Virus record (IMG/VR): IMGVR_UViG_3300028591_000079
Coordinates: 32,001 to 96,000 of that record
Length of the DNA: 64,000 nt
From: a virus
Taxonomy: Duplodnaviria; Caudoviricetes
Strand: one strand, 5' to 3'
In this document: piece by piece, positions 29,717-39,017 of the stretch
Layout of the letters: each line of letters opens with the position of its first letter
Numbering within the stretch: the first letter of the stretch is position 1
The notes under the pieces: generated by a model
What the model was told of the DNA's origin: nothing
Databases searched by the model: none
What the model saw: only the letters and a program-made list of their open reading frames with translations
Position numbers and translations under genes: made by a program

Positions 29717-29744
29717 GATTAATGTTTTATGGGAGGATGATAAG

Positions 29745-29783
29745 AAAAAGAAAAACCCTCCTAGTCTATGCTCTAAGAGGGTT
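29745..29783 (-). terminator. intrinsic terminator of sRNA1
   Basis: AACCCTCTTAG..CTAGGAGGGTT then U-tract. Confidence 0.75.
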
Positions 29784-30081
29784 ACGCAACATGTTTATAA
29801 TCTACATCGTCTACTTTTGTCCTTGAGACTGGAGGATTTCTATAAGACTGAACAGATATCAATAAAAAGATCTTATAGATAAACCAGACAAGGGGGTACA
29901 TCAAGCAAACGGATCTATGGTAGAGGAGAGAGAATGTAGGAAAGGGAATCTACCATAGGCCTGTTTACTCTAGCTGAGGGGATAAGATGAAAGGAAGGAA
30001 AGGAGAAATTTGGACTACTGGAGAAAAAGAAATAATAACGTTCAACGAGTCCAAAAAGATCTTATCCCCCTTGCTGAGTAC
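29745..30081 (-). ncRNA. predicted structured sRNA1 (~335 nt)
   Basis: Promoter 30088-30116; stems 29967-30080, 29907-29966, 29821-29892; terminator. Confidence 0.6.
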
Positions 30082-30087
30082 GAATAC

Positions 30088-30116
30088 ATTATAAGCCTAT
30101 TTAATTATATTATCAA
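30088..30116 (-). promoter_or_regulatory. sigma70 promoter
   Basis: TTGATA-17-TATAAT with AATTAAA in spacer. Confidence 0.75.
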
Positions 30117-30313
30117 GCTTTATTTTTCTTATTTTGATTAATTTTATTAGGTTTACATGTATTATTTGGTGTTTTGAATGTTTTAGTTATTGGTTTTGTT
30201 CCTAGGGCCTGAGAGAATGCTTGACCAACTTGAGAGAATGAGGTGTTAGTATTTAGGCATTTGATCAGGTTTTTCATAAGGTTATCTTGGATTTGTTTAT
30301 TTGTTTTAGTCAT
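30113..30313 (-). CDS. small basic protein
   Basis: AAGGAG SD. Confidence 0.55.
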   Translation of the reverse strand: MTKTNKQIQDNLMKNLIKCLNTNTSFSQVGQAFSQALGTKPITKTFKTPNNTCKPNKINQNKKNKA

Positions 30314-30704
30314 TTATATCTCCTTCATCTTCGTTATAGTCTTCACCCCATTTTTCTGCTTCTTCTTTCCATTTAGACTTTTTATATTCTTCCTGGGCGA
30401 TTTTGAGGTTACGGTCTATCATGATTTGTTCTATTTTCTGGCGTGCTTCTTCTGCTAATTTTTGGGTAGAGAATAGGCAGCGGTAAGGTAAGACATCATA
30501 TACAGGTCCTCTACGTTCTTTAATATCCACACCAAATTCCCAATACTGTTTAGCCACCTTCATAAATTCTTCTACAGTCTTTGGTTTAGTCCCATCTGGT
30601 GCATGTTTGGTTGATACGATTCTGGTAGAGACTTTATAGATGTGTTGTTTTTGTGTGATTTTAGGTGTGTTATTGATGAGTGTTGTTGTTTGTTTTATTG
30701 CCAT
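30306..30704 (-). CDS. hypothetical protein
   Basis: AAGGAGG SD. Confidence 0.75.
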   Translation of the reverse strand: MAIKQTTTLINNTPKITQKQHIYKVSTRIVSTKHAPDGTKPKTVEEFMKVAKQYWEFGVDIKERRGPVYDVLPYRCLFSTQKLAEEARQKIEQIMIDRNLKIAQEEYKKSKWKEEAEKWGEDYNEDEGDIND

Positions 30705-30724
30705 TTATCCCTCCTTTGGTTTGT

Positions 30725-31057
30725 TTAGGCGTTGATCATTACAGTCATTTTGAAGTTATTATCCATCAAAAAGAGTTCATCATATCTAACAGTATCCCAG
30801 TCTATATTTAGGTTAGGATAGTTTTCTTTTACGTATTGGGTTAGTTTTTCTTCCAGCTGCGCATATAATTGATCCAGGACTTTTTGTTGTTTATACATTT
30901 CTTTATCTGGTACATCTGGGAAGAAGGTAGATTTCCATATTTCTGTATTCTCTCCCATGCCTGCTTCCATTGTCAATTCATCACCTTCTTCATTTGTATA
31001 TACGCTGATGGATAATGGGATGGATTTGTTATTATAGGTTAGTTTGATTTCGTTCAT
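30725..31057 (-). CDS. hypothetical protein
   Basis: AAGGAG SD. Confidence 0.75.
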   Translation of the reverse strand: MNEIKLTYNNKSIPLSISVYTNEEGDELTMEAGMGENTEIWKSTFFPDVPDKEMYKQQKVLDQLYAQLEEKLTQYVKENYPNLNIDWDTVRYDELFLMDNNFKMTVMINA

Positions 31058-31080
31058 TTGTTATATCTCCTTAGTATTGT

Positions 31081-31123
31081 AAAAAAAGAAACCCCATCAA
31101 AAGGACTGTAGCATATGATGGGG
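31081..31123 (-). terminator. intrinsic terminator
   Basis: CCCCATCA..TGATGGGG with U-tract on minus strand. Confidence 0.6.
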
Positions 31124-31152
31124 ATAAGTCAAAATTAAATCATATCTTTTTG

Positions 31153-31413
31153 TTAACATTTAGGGGGCTGATTACTAGACGGTTCGAACTTGATCTTATA
31201 CCCATCTTTCCACGTAGCCCCCAATCTAACATTCCGATATTTTCCAGACCCGATTATTACACCATAGTAGTTTCCCATAGAGTAAGTTCTGCCGGCCCAA
31301 GGTTTTCCGTTAGATTTTAGTACAGGATTTCCACTAGAGTCTACAACAGAATAGGTTCCAGTCACACCAGTATAGTTCTTTCTATTGAATTTTGTTATAA
31401 AGATATCTGACAT
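31153..31413 (-). CDS. hypothetical protein
   Basis: AAGGAGAGG SD. Confidence 0.75.
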   Translation of the reverse strand: MSDIFITKFNRKNYTGVTGTYSVVDSSGNPVLKSNGKPWAGRTYSMGNYYGVIIGSGKYRNVRLGATWKDGYKIKFEPSSNQPPKC

Positions 31414-31614
31414 AATTCCTCTCCTTTTCTTTGAGTTGTTGTTTAATAGATTGCCAAAAGTTTATAAAATCCTTTGTTCATCTTGCTTACAACCATATCA
31501 TTAAAAAACATTAAGGTACAGCTGTTTTTTTATATCTCCCAAACATTAATTTCTTGCTTTTATCTCCTTTATCATTTATACTTATTTCGGACTTATTTGC
31601 GGTTATTGATTCTA

Positions 31615-31857
31615 CTACCATTTTTTGTTTATGATATTGTTTTGAATCACGATTAGTTCAGAGTCTTTCATCCCAATTTCTTTCAAAACCTTCTTTATTT
31701 CTTCTTCTGCTTTTTTACGTATTCTCTTGGCCTCATTCTCTTTACCCAATCTCATAAGTGTCGCGTATTGTTCTACCTTTTTCATGACTCCGCGTTCTTC
31801 CAGCATTTTATTTGCTTTGTTATATTTACGTTTGATTCTATATTCTTTGAAAAACAT
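31615..31857 (-). CDS. small basic helical protein
   Basis: AAGGAG SD. Confidence 0.7.
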   Translation of the reverse strand: MFFKEYRIKRKYNKANKMLEERGVMKKVEQYATLMRLGKENEAKRIRKKAEEEIKKVLKEIGMKDSELIVIQNNIINKKW

Positions 31858-31877
31858 ATCCGGTCTCCTTTTATTTA

Positions 31878-32060
31878 TTACATTGCCACTGTAGAATCTG
31901 TTATTAGTGTTTTGTTGTTATCTAAAGCCTCAATTTTATATCCATCATCTGTCAAATAAATCAAGACTGTCAGTTCATCATTTACCTTCACCTCTATTGC
32001 ATCTTTATTTTTACGTAAGTTTGGGTGAAGGTGTGTCTGTATCATATCGAAGTCGCTCAT
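31878..32060 (-). CDS. hypothetical protein
   Basis: AAGGAGG SD. Confidence 0.7.
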   Translation of the reverse strand: MSDFDMIQTHLHPNLRKNKDAIEVKVNDELTVLIYLTDDGYKIEALDNNKTLITDSTVAM

Positions 32061-32072
32061 TTTAGTCCTCCT

Positions 32073-32498
32073 TTATATTAGTTGTAGGTTGATTAATTGT
32101 GCTTGTGCTTCTTGGATTACGTTTTCTTCTACCATATCAACATAATTATTATTCACCACGATACTATCTCCAGCATATCCATATTTATCCAGCAGCAGAT
32201 ATATGGCGTAGATGTTGATATTATGTTTTTGAATCAGAGGTGAACAACGAACAGACCCAAGACAATCATGCTTTATACTAAGAACATTATGAGTCTCTAA
32301 GAAGCCAAAGACAGTATCAGCTCCAAGATCCAGTTTTATATCACCATTTTCTTTTACTGTTAGTGTCATCGTCAAGCCTATTTTTTCATAATCTTCCTCG
32401 ATAAAATCCCCATAAACTTTCAAATCATCTATAAATTTCTGGGAGAGTTTATTCATTTTACGCCACTTATTTGACAGATGTATGTTGGTTATCTTCAT
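32073..32498 (-). CDS. hypothetical protein
   Basis: AAGGAGG SD. Confidence 0.7.
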   Translation of the reverse strand: MKITNIHLSNKWRKMNKLSQKFIDDLKVYGDFIEEDYEKIGLTMTLTVKENGDIKLDLGADTVFGFLETHNVLSIKHDCLGSVRCSPLIQKHNINIYAIYLLLDKYGYAGDSIVVNNNYVDMVEENVIQEAQAQLINLQLI

Positions 32499-32929
32499 TT
32501 GTTATCCTCCTTCATTGACAATATTATACTCCAGGCTGTTTCCCAAAGTTCTTTATTCTCTCCATCTTCTTCGATCCCGTTTACATTTACAGCCTTTATA
32601 TATCCTTCTCTTTCTAAGACTATTATAACACACATCAGGGCAATAGGAACAGCTTTATCTTGCCACATTTTAGTTACAAGCTGTTCTCTCCATGGTGTGT
32701 TCTCTTCATAAGGCTTGATTACATATTGGTCTCTTATTCCTCCCGATGTTCCTGCCGTTACTTTATCACCACAAATCATAAGGTTAGCAGTTCCAAGTCC
32801 CCATTCTCTCAAAGCCAAATCAACTTCACCCAACTTCTTCAATATTGGCAGCGGGAATGTTTTGTTATTATTGACTATTTCATAAGAGATGTGGCAGGAA
32901 TGTTTGGTTGTTCTGTTTTGATCCCACAT
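32495..32929 (-). CDS. hypothetical protein
   Basis: AAGGAG SD. Confidence 0.7.
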   Translation of the reverse strand: MWDQNRTTKHSCHISYEIVNNNKTFPLPILKKLGEVDLALREWGLGTANLMICGDKVTAGTSGGIRDQYVIKPYEENTPWREQLVTKMWQDKAVPIALMCVIIVLEREGYIKAVNVNGIEEDGENKELWETAWSIILSMKEDNK

Positions 32930-32940
32930 CTTATACTCCT

Positions 32941-33411
32941 TTAGATTAATTCCATTTCTATCATTAGGTTCTGCGCGTTGACGTATTCTGGATCTTTCTC
33001 ATCACCATCGAAGCACCAACCACATTTATCTCCATCACCACCCAAATGATTTCCGGCATCGTTTTCTAACAAATCATACTTATCAGCTAACATCAAGATA
33101 CATTTCACCGCTAAGTCATATGGTTCTCTGGCGGTTTTACAACAATTCCATTCACCATCAAAGACCAGCGCAAATGTTTCACAGCCTCGATCTAAGAATC
33201 CGTTGAAACATAACCCAGGTGCTCTATTCTCTTCCGGTTCCCAATAATTTATAATCTTATCTAAATCTAAGACTTCTGTTCCATCTGGGCTTGCTAATAT
33301 AATACCTTTAGAAATGATCTTATCTAATACTTTTTCACAATCATCCCAGAACTGTGCAGGTATTTGTTCTTCTGTTAGTTTCTTAGGTGTCCAATAAACG
33401 CTATATCCCAT
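32941..33411 (-). CDS. conserved phage hypothetical protein (CKTARxPYD type)
   Basis: MGYSVYW, CETF, CKTAREPYDLAV. Confidence 0.75.
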   Translation of the reverse strand: MGYSVYWTPKKLTEEQIPAQFWDDCEKVLDKIISKGIILASPDGTEVLDLDKIINYWEPEENRAPGLCFNGFLDRGCETFALVFDGEWNCCKTAREPYDLAVKCILMLADKYDLLENDAGNHLGGDGDKCGWCFDGDEKDPEYVNAQNLMIEMELI

Positions 33412-33442
33412 AATTCTACTCCTTTATTTATTTAGTTGTTAT

Positions 33443-33479
33443 AAAAAGAAGGGGATCTAAGTCTATAACCTAAATCCCC
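33443..33479 (-). terminator. intrinsic terminator
   Basis: GGGGAT..ATCCCC with U-tract on minus strand. Confidence 0.55.
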
Positions 33480-33499
33480 GCGTTCTCTGTTAGTCTTCT

Positions 33500-33724
33500 T
33501 TATTGTTCTACAAAGACTGCCTTAAAGTTTCTTGGCAATTTAGAGTATGTTCCAGTGCTACGCTTAGATAAAGACTTCAACGTATTATACAGCGGATACA
33601 CATTGTCAGTAATAAATTCTTTCAATGTTTTACCGTTATACATTACATACAATTTACCAGCTTTACCTCTATATTGAGCCATATTCTCTTTAGTAATTAC
33701 AATTTGTTCATTTACTTTTTTCAT
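33500..33724 (-). CDS. hypothetical protein
   Basis: AAGGTG SD. Confidence 0.65.
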   Translation of the reverse strand: MKKVNEQIVITKENMAQYRGKAGKLYVMYNGKTLKEFITDNVYPLYNTLKSLSKRSTGTYSKLPRNFKAVFVEQ

Positions 33725-34025
33725 TTCTTCACCTTTATTTTTCTTGTTTATTTACTTTTCTTTCCTGTCTTTCATTATTTCTTACGCTTCTGAGTGATTG
33801 GTGTTGGTTTTGTTTTTATAGGTGTCAGTCTATTTTTTGCCATGATTATACCTCCTTTATGACTTTAGAATTGTTCGATGATTGGTTGTAATGCTGTTGC
33901 TGTACTGTAATACTTTCTTTGACAATCTACAGCATCGTTATGGCTTGAGAAAACACCCAGAACCATACCGCTATTAGGGATAACTACACGATACATTTTA
34001 CACTCCTTTTTGTTTGTTCGTATCT

Positions 34026-34054
34026 ATTTTACATTAATTTTTAGGTTTTGTCAA
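34026..34054 (-). promoter_or_regulatory. sigma70 promoter
   Basis: TTGACA-17-TAAAAT. Confidence 0.75.
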
Positions 34055-34336
34055 TTAATTTTCTTTAATCTTTATCGCAACTACTGTATAAGAGTGGCCG
34101 CCATATTCATCTTCAGTAAGAACACTGCCCAAGTCTATATCCTCTAAGACCTTATTCTCTGCCTGGTTTTGGATAAATGTTATAAGCACAGAAGCAGTAT
34201 TATATGAATCACCCAACTGAGTATCATCATCAAAAGCCTCTACCTCATAACCCGGCATATTTTCTTTCACCGCGCTTTCAATACCCGCAGCAGATATATT
34301 CAAGTCTAATTCATTCAAAATGTCTTGCACTGTCAT
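34055..34336 (-). CDS. small acidic protein
   Basis: AAGGAG SD. Confidence 0.75.
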   Translation of the reverse strand: MTVQDILNELDLNISAAGIESAVKENMPGYEVEAFDDDTQLGDSYNTASVLITFIQNQAENKVLEDIDLGSVLTEDEYGGHSYTVVAIKIKEN

Positions 34337-34347
34337 GTTTCACTCCT

Positions 34348-34533
34348 TTATTCAAATACTACTTCTTCTGGTTTCATTCCCATGTGTTTTGCGACTCTTT
34401 GTCTGATGGTATCGATAATGTCTTCTTCGCTATCATACAACAAGAATCTTTCATCCAGGAACACCCACCCATTTATCAAAACTCTGTAATCATATTTACC
34501 AAGTTTCTGCAGCGTGATTATATCTCTGTCCAT
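34348..34533 (-). CDS. hypothetical protein
   Basis: AAGGAGG SD. Confidence 0.7.
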   Translation of the reverse strand: MDRDIITLQKLGKYDYRVLINGWVFLDERFLLYDSEEDIIDTIRQRVAKHMGMKPEEVVFE

Positions 34534-34550
34534 ATTATCCTCCTTTATTT

Positions 34551-34865
34551 TTATAAGCAGTCTGTTCCGTTCAGTTTCAAAGTATCAATGTCGTAGTAAT
34601 GATAATCGCCACAACAATCATCTTCACCTACTTCACAATTTACATACTTTTCGCCTTTATACCATTTAACACCATACGAATACTCTTTGTTCAGTTGTTT
34701 CATTACCTTCACAGCAGTATCGTAATCAGTATAAACCCCACAAGGACAACCCATATAATTTTCATCAGGCTGCCATTGTCTTACTACATATACCTTCTCA
34801 ACCGGAAAGCACATACCATCTGATTCTCTCTGTTCTACAATGTGTGTTTTTACTTGTTTTGTCAT
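34551..34865 (-). CDS. hypothetical protein; similar to C-half of 35633-36028
   Basis: LNKEY..DYHYYDI vs LNKMY..DLHYFEV. Confidence 0.7.
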   Translation of the reverse strand: MTKQVKTHIVEQRESDGMCFPVEKVYVVRQWQPDENYMGCPCGVYTDYDTAVKVMKQLNKEYSYGVKWYKGEKYVNCEVGEDDCCGDYHYYDIDTLKLNGTDCL

Positions 34866-34884
34866 TTTATACTCCTTTTGTTTT

Positions 34885-35136
34885 TTATTTTGTTTCTACT
34901 TTTTCCAGATATTTATAACCACCATTTTGACACTTATCCCATTCTTCATGTTCTTCAGTTGTCCAATCATAATCACTTCTGCAGGTATCTACAACATGGG
35001 TCTTTTCATCATTCTCTAATAAATCCGCTACTTGTTCCACACTCATATTCTCAATGTCTTTATCAGATTCAATGATTAATGTTTGACTCACATATACAGA
35101 TACCAATTCTCCGATTTCAATTTTGTGTTTTGCCAT
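34885..35136 (-). CDS. small acidic protein
   Basis: AAGGAGGT SD before ATG 35136. Confidence 0.7.
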   Translation of the reverse strand: MAKHKIEIGELVSVYVSQTLIIESDKDIENMSVEQVADLLENDEKTHVVDTCRSDYDWTTEEHEEWDKCQNGGYKYLEKVETK

Positions 35137-35299
35137 CTTTACCTCCTTTATTTTGTTTTGTTGCAAATGATCTACATGTTTCGATTATCTTATCTAAAGC
35201 CATTATAGTCATTATCGAATCGCCACCCGTTTTTTCTATAGTTTCTTCATAGATAGAAATAAGTAAGTTTGCCAATTCTTCCGCTGTCATTTTGCTCAT
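35117..35299 (-). CDS. hypothetical protein
   Basis: AAGGAGGT SD. Confidence 0.7.
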   Translation of the reverse strand: MSKMTAEELANLLISIYEETIEKTGGDSIMTIMALDKIIETCRSFATKQNKGGKDGKTQN

Positions 35300-35359
35300 T
35301 ATTTACCTCCTTTGTTGTTTTTGTTTTCTACATCCTTATTATCACCCAAGTTTAGAAAA

Positions 35360-35617
35360 CTAATCCTGAAAAACTCTCTTAATCGTTATTTCATATTCTT
35401 CAACATCTGCACCAATCAAAATCGCAATTGTCTTTTTGTTTGTGTATTTGTCTTTATTCAATGCAATTGAAAGCCTATCTTCTTCCAAAAAATTGCCCTC
35501 ATTTGTAGCTTCTTCAATAACATCATACACTCTTTCAGTGATTTTGTTTTCTTTGCCAAGACGTTCATTTGCGTATGCCATAGCTTCATCAAATTGCTCT
35601 TTCAAACTTTTGCTCAT
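35360..35617 (-). CDS. hypothetical protein
   Basis: AAGGAGGT SD. Confidence 0.75.
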   Translation of the reverse strand: MSKSLKEQFDEAMAYANERLGKENKITERVYDVIEEATNEGNFLEEDRLSIALNKDKYTNKKTIAILIGADVEEYEITIKRVFQD

Positions 35618-35632
35618 AATGACCTCCTTTAT

Positions 35633-36028
35633 TTATTTGGTTATATTCATAGAGACAACTTCAAAGTAATGTAAATCATTTGTATAGCATTCATCATAAT
35701 CTACTGATTCAAAGTCTCCTTCTTCACTAAAGATACAACTTTTACCATACATTTTATTCAACCCTCTGGCTTCTTCAAGTGCTCGTTCTCTATCGGCAAA
35801 TACATAGATAGTTTCGTTTTTCATCATATTATCTTCTTCGCCAATGATTTGTTTAGTTTCATTCACCAGATATATTTTGATTTGATCTATCCCGCGCGCC
35901 AAGTTATCATCTCCATCACCTTCATAAGTTTCCAGCAATTCAGAATCATATCCGGCTTTATCTAATAAGTTTTCAAGTGGTTCATATTCATTTGCTTCTA
36001 CACGAATATTATATACATTTTTTGCCAT
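35633..36028 (-). CDS. small acidic protein
   Basis: AAGGAG SD. Confidence 0.75.
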   Translation of the reverse strand: MAKNVYNIRVEANEYEPLENLLDKAGYDSELLETYEGDGDDNLARGIDQIKIYLVNETKQIIGEEDNMMKNETIYVFADRERALEEARGLNKMYGKSCIFSEEGDFESVDYDECYTNDLHYFEVVSMNITK

Positions 36029-36046
36029 AGTTCACTCCTTTAGTTT

Positions 36047-36307
36047 TTATAAGTTTGGAAAGATAATCAATACGTTCTGGTTCTTGTTCTCTGCCTTTAC
36101 TGCCGGGTCTTTATCGTATCCCCTGTAGTAATCATCCGCTGCCATATCTTTAGCGTTATCAACTTCAAACATTAACACATCACCATACGAATTACCTTCT
36201 TCATCTTGACTCATAATCACCGCAGCATCTCCACCTAATCGTTTCTTTGCTGCTTCTAATTCTTTTATCAAGTCATCTATTGTTTTTATTGTGCATACGT
36301 TTTTCAT
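36047..36307 (-). CDS. phage hypothetical protein (SQDEEGN motif)
   Basis: VIMSQDEEGNSY; AAGGAG SD. Confidence 0.75.
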   Translation of the reverse strand: MKNVCTIKTIDDLIKELEAAKKRLGGDAAVIMSQDEEGNSYGDVLMFEVDNAKDMAADDYYRGYDKDPAVKAENKNQNVLIIFPNL

Positions 36308-36318
36308 AGTTTACTCCT

Positions 36319-36654
36319 TTATTTTGTTTGTAATTTCTTTGCCAGTTGTTTTGCCAAGAGTTCAATGTTCCAGGATGGTTCTCTCATTTCAGATTCGCCA
36401 TAGTGTTTTCCAACCCAACAGCGGATAAAGTCTTCAATCTGGTCTGATAATGGCGCGTCTGATATGTTTGCTTCTACCATTACTACCTTGCCAAAACAAA
36501 ACACATCACCATCATATAAGGCCAAATATTTTTCTGCTTCTGCTTTGGATTTAAATTTCTTGGCTTTATTTCTATCATATGTAGGTTCTGTATCTGGTTC
36601 TTCTGTCAAATATCCCAAATACATATCATCTTCATAAACTTTTGCTAACTTCAT
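36319..36654 (-). CDS. hypothetical protein
   Basis: GGAGGT SD, ATGA overlap. Confidence 0.75.
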   Translation of the reverse strand: MKLAKVYEDDMYLGYLTEEPDTEPTYDRNKAKKFKSKAEAEKYLALYDGDVFCFGKVVMVEANISDAPLSDQIEDFIRCWVGKHYGESEMREPSWNIELLAKQLAKKLQTK

Positions 36655-36875
36655 GCTTCTACCTCCATGTTATAATATTCCCCAACCTCAAATTCAGTAT
36701 CAGGGTGTTCTCTTTTTAGTTTTATCATTACCTTCGCAGCAGATTCAAAGTTGGGATAATACAAAGCCATATCTACTGTTCTGGCAAGGTGATAATAATA
36801 GTCATCGGTATCATCTATATAAGTATAATCACCGTAATCTTTATCAAACACTTTTATTACGTAGCGCTTTTCCAT
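36651..36875 (-). CDS. hypothetical protein
   Basis: AAGGAGG SD. Confidence 0.75.
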   Translation of the reverse strand: MEKRYVIKVFDKDYGDYTYIDDTDDYYYHLARTVDMALYYPNFESAAKVMIKLKREHPDTEFEVGEYYNMEVEA

Positions 36876-36886
36876 ATTATCCTCCT

Positions 36887-37327
36887 TTAGTTTTTATTCA
36901 TTAGGCTATTCAAGTTTTCAATGTATTTGTTTGCTTCTTGGATTGTCTCAAATTTATAAGGCTTACCATCAGCATCACAAACCGTATCTTGCTTGAGTTG
37001 TTTTACCGTATATGTTCCATCCTGATTATAGGTGGGTTCATATTCCGGCAATTCATACCAGTCCCACACATAACCATCCGCGTCAAAGATGTCTAAGATT
37101 GTGCTGATGTCTGTTTTGGAAAGGTCAAGGCTATCAACATCAAATGTATCAAAGTCTATCCCCATTACATCACAATAAGTTTCAGGCGTTATAGTATCGT
37201 CTTTAATATATTGTTCGCACAGTTCTCTTAGTTGTGCCACAGTATAGATATTGGTTTCACTCAATGTATCTTTCCAAGTCTCGTCTTCACAGTCTTCATT
37301 TGGATAATACAATTTATATACTCGCAT
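36887..37327 (-). CDS. acidic protein sharing C-terminal module with 37638-38021
   Basis: FETIQEANKYIENLNSLMNKN. Confidence 0.75.
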   Translation of the reverse strand: MRVYKLYYPNEDCEDETWKDTLSETNIYTVAQLRELCEQYIKDDTITPETYCDVMGIDFDTFDVDSLDLSKTDISTILDIFDADGYVWDWYELPEYEPTYNQDGTYTVKQLKQDTVCDADGKPYKFETIQEANKYIENLNSLMNKN

Positions 37328-37338
37328 CTTATACTCCT

Positions 37339-37626
37339 TTATTTTTCATATAAGTCCATTACAGTATCCAAAGTATCAACAAACTCTCCAGGCAACGGTT
37401 TAATATTAGTGGTATCAAAACTAGCAAATGGTCTTACATGGTCTGGACAAAGTTTCTCAAAGCCCCTGAAGGAACAGTCAAACACACTCCAACTACCCCA
37501 ACAACCAGAACCTTTATATCCTTGTCCCCACGTTCTAATATATAAAATATTGTTAGAGTCTATTGCAAACTGGACACCATTACGCTGATACAATTTTTTA
37601 CAATACAGTTTAGGTTTCTTATTCAT
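37339..37626 (-). CDS. hypothetical protein
   Basis: AAGGAGG SD. Confidence 0.75.
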   Translation of the reverse strand: MNKKPKLYCKKLYQRNGVQFAIDSNNILYIRTWGQGYKGSGCWGSWSVFDCSFRGFEKLCPDHVRPFASFDTTNIKPLPGEFVDTLDTVMDLYEK

Positions 37627-37637
37627 TTCGGCCTCCT

Positions 37638-38021
37638 TTAGTTTTTGTTCATTAGATTTAACATATTGTCTATAAACCTATTTGCTTCTTCAAAGGTTTC
37701 AAAAGTATCTATAACCTTATTTCCATCTTCTATGTCTACCACATCATATTTGTTATTGTTATATGTTGCTCGGTATTTGACAAAGTTCCAGGTTATAAAG
37801 TTGATACTAAACCCATATTCTTCAGTCAAAACATTCATCAAAACTTCTTCTACATGTCCATCATCCATTTCACTTGTAGGTGTGTTCTCTTTATAGTCTT
37901 CCAAGGTTAGTTTAAAAGAGTGTAGTATAGTAGGTAATTCTTCGTCAAACTCCGGATAATCTTCTAAGTCTTCCAAATCCCAATCTATACTATCCACATC
38001 TACTAATACTGTTCTGCTCAT
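37638..38021 (-). CDS. acidic protein sharing C-terminal module with 36887-37327
   Basis: FETFEEANRFIDNMLNLMNKN; start moved to 38021. Confidence 0.7.
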   Translation of the reverse strand: MSRTVLVDVDSIDWDLEDLEDYPEFDEELPTILHSFKLTLEDYKENTPTSEMDDGHVEEVLMNVLTEEYGFSINFITWNFVKYRATYNNNKYDVVDIEDGNKVIDTFETFEEANRFIDNMLNLMNKN

Positions 38022-38022
38022 T

Positions 38023-38622
38023 TTATTCATCCTCATCTTCATCATCTCTAGGTGGGTCAACATCATAGCAAGAAAAAGTCTCACCATCTGAATAACCTTC
38101 CATATAGATTTCGTTTCCACCTTCTTCACAATCCCAATCAAACTGAACACCTAACTCAGCCATTTTATGTAAGACTGGTTCAGGTGGCGCCCAAGCAGTA
38201 TCAAATTGTAAATAAAAGGGTTCGTTGTTTTTTATTGCCTCATCTAAATTGTCCAAATTGCAATCGTCATGAGCCAAATCCCACTTAGTTCCCCAGTTAT
38301 CACAATCCCATTCATACCAATTACTAGGCTTTACCCCTGTTCTCTCAGCCTCTTTGTTCATCCATTCTTTAGCATATAAAAAGTCTATCACCCCATCACG
38401 AAAGAAATCATTATCCGGTTCTTTCCCCAATCTTTCTTTAGTTATTCCGGCTTCTTCCATTAGGTTTTCATCACTTTCGCTCATATTCAAGTCGTTATAG
38501 AGTTTCATATGTTCAGGCTGAGGTATAATGTTATCAAAGCAAAAGTTCCCATTCTTTACACATTTCTCTTTGAACACTTCTGGATTTGAGATTGTCATAT
38601 GATTTTCACACCAGTTTGGCAT
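38023..38622 (-). CDS. DUF1281/YubB ferredoxin-like domain protein
   Basis: MPNWCEN, WYEW..NWGTKW, FDTAWAPP. Confidence 0.85.
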   Translation of the reverse strand: MPNWCENHMTISNPEVFKEKCVKNGNFCFDNIIPQPEHMKLYNDLNMSESDENLMEEAGITKERLGKEPDNDFFRDGVIDFLYAKEWMNKEAERTGVKPSNWYEWDCDNWGTKWDLAHDDCNLDNLDEAIKNNEPFYLQFDTAWAPPEPVLHKMAELGVQFDWDCEEGGNEIYMEGYSDGETFSCYDVDPPRDDEDEDE

Positions 38623-38642
38623 ATTATCCTCCTTTGTTTATA

Positions 38643-39017
38643 TTATCGTTGTTCATTAGTTAAGAGTCCTAACAATACTTCCCCATTCTCTTCAACCAAT
38701 CTCGCAGCCGTCAATAAATCATCTGTCCCCCAAAAATCTATATGTAAGTCTTGTAAGTTTCTGGAAGCCACACAAGTAAAGAAGGCTACATCTGGATTAT
38801 TGTTTATTTTCTGCGCTACTTTGAATAACTTATATCTATCTTCTTTATCCAACTTAGCATCAAAACCAATAAACTCTGGATACATCTCCCTTGCTACTTT
38901 TGCTCCTTCACCCGTTAGCATTTTATCAAGTTTAGGATTATCAACTATACAACAAGGGATTTGAAAGTGTTCGTCTATATTGTAGTTCTTCAACAGTTCT
39001 TCTTTATTTGGTTTCAT
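38643..39017 (-). CDS. hypothetical protein
   Basis: AAGGAGTAGAA SD. Confidence 0.75.
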   Translation of the reverse strand: MKPNKEELLKNYNIDEHFQIPCCIVDNPKLDKMLTGEGAKVAREMYPEFIGFDAKLDKEDRYKLFKVAQKINNNPDVAFFTCVASRNLQDLHIDFWGTDDLLTAARLVEENGEVLLGLLTNEQR

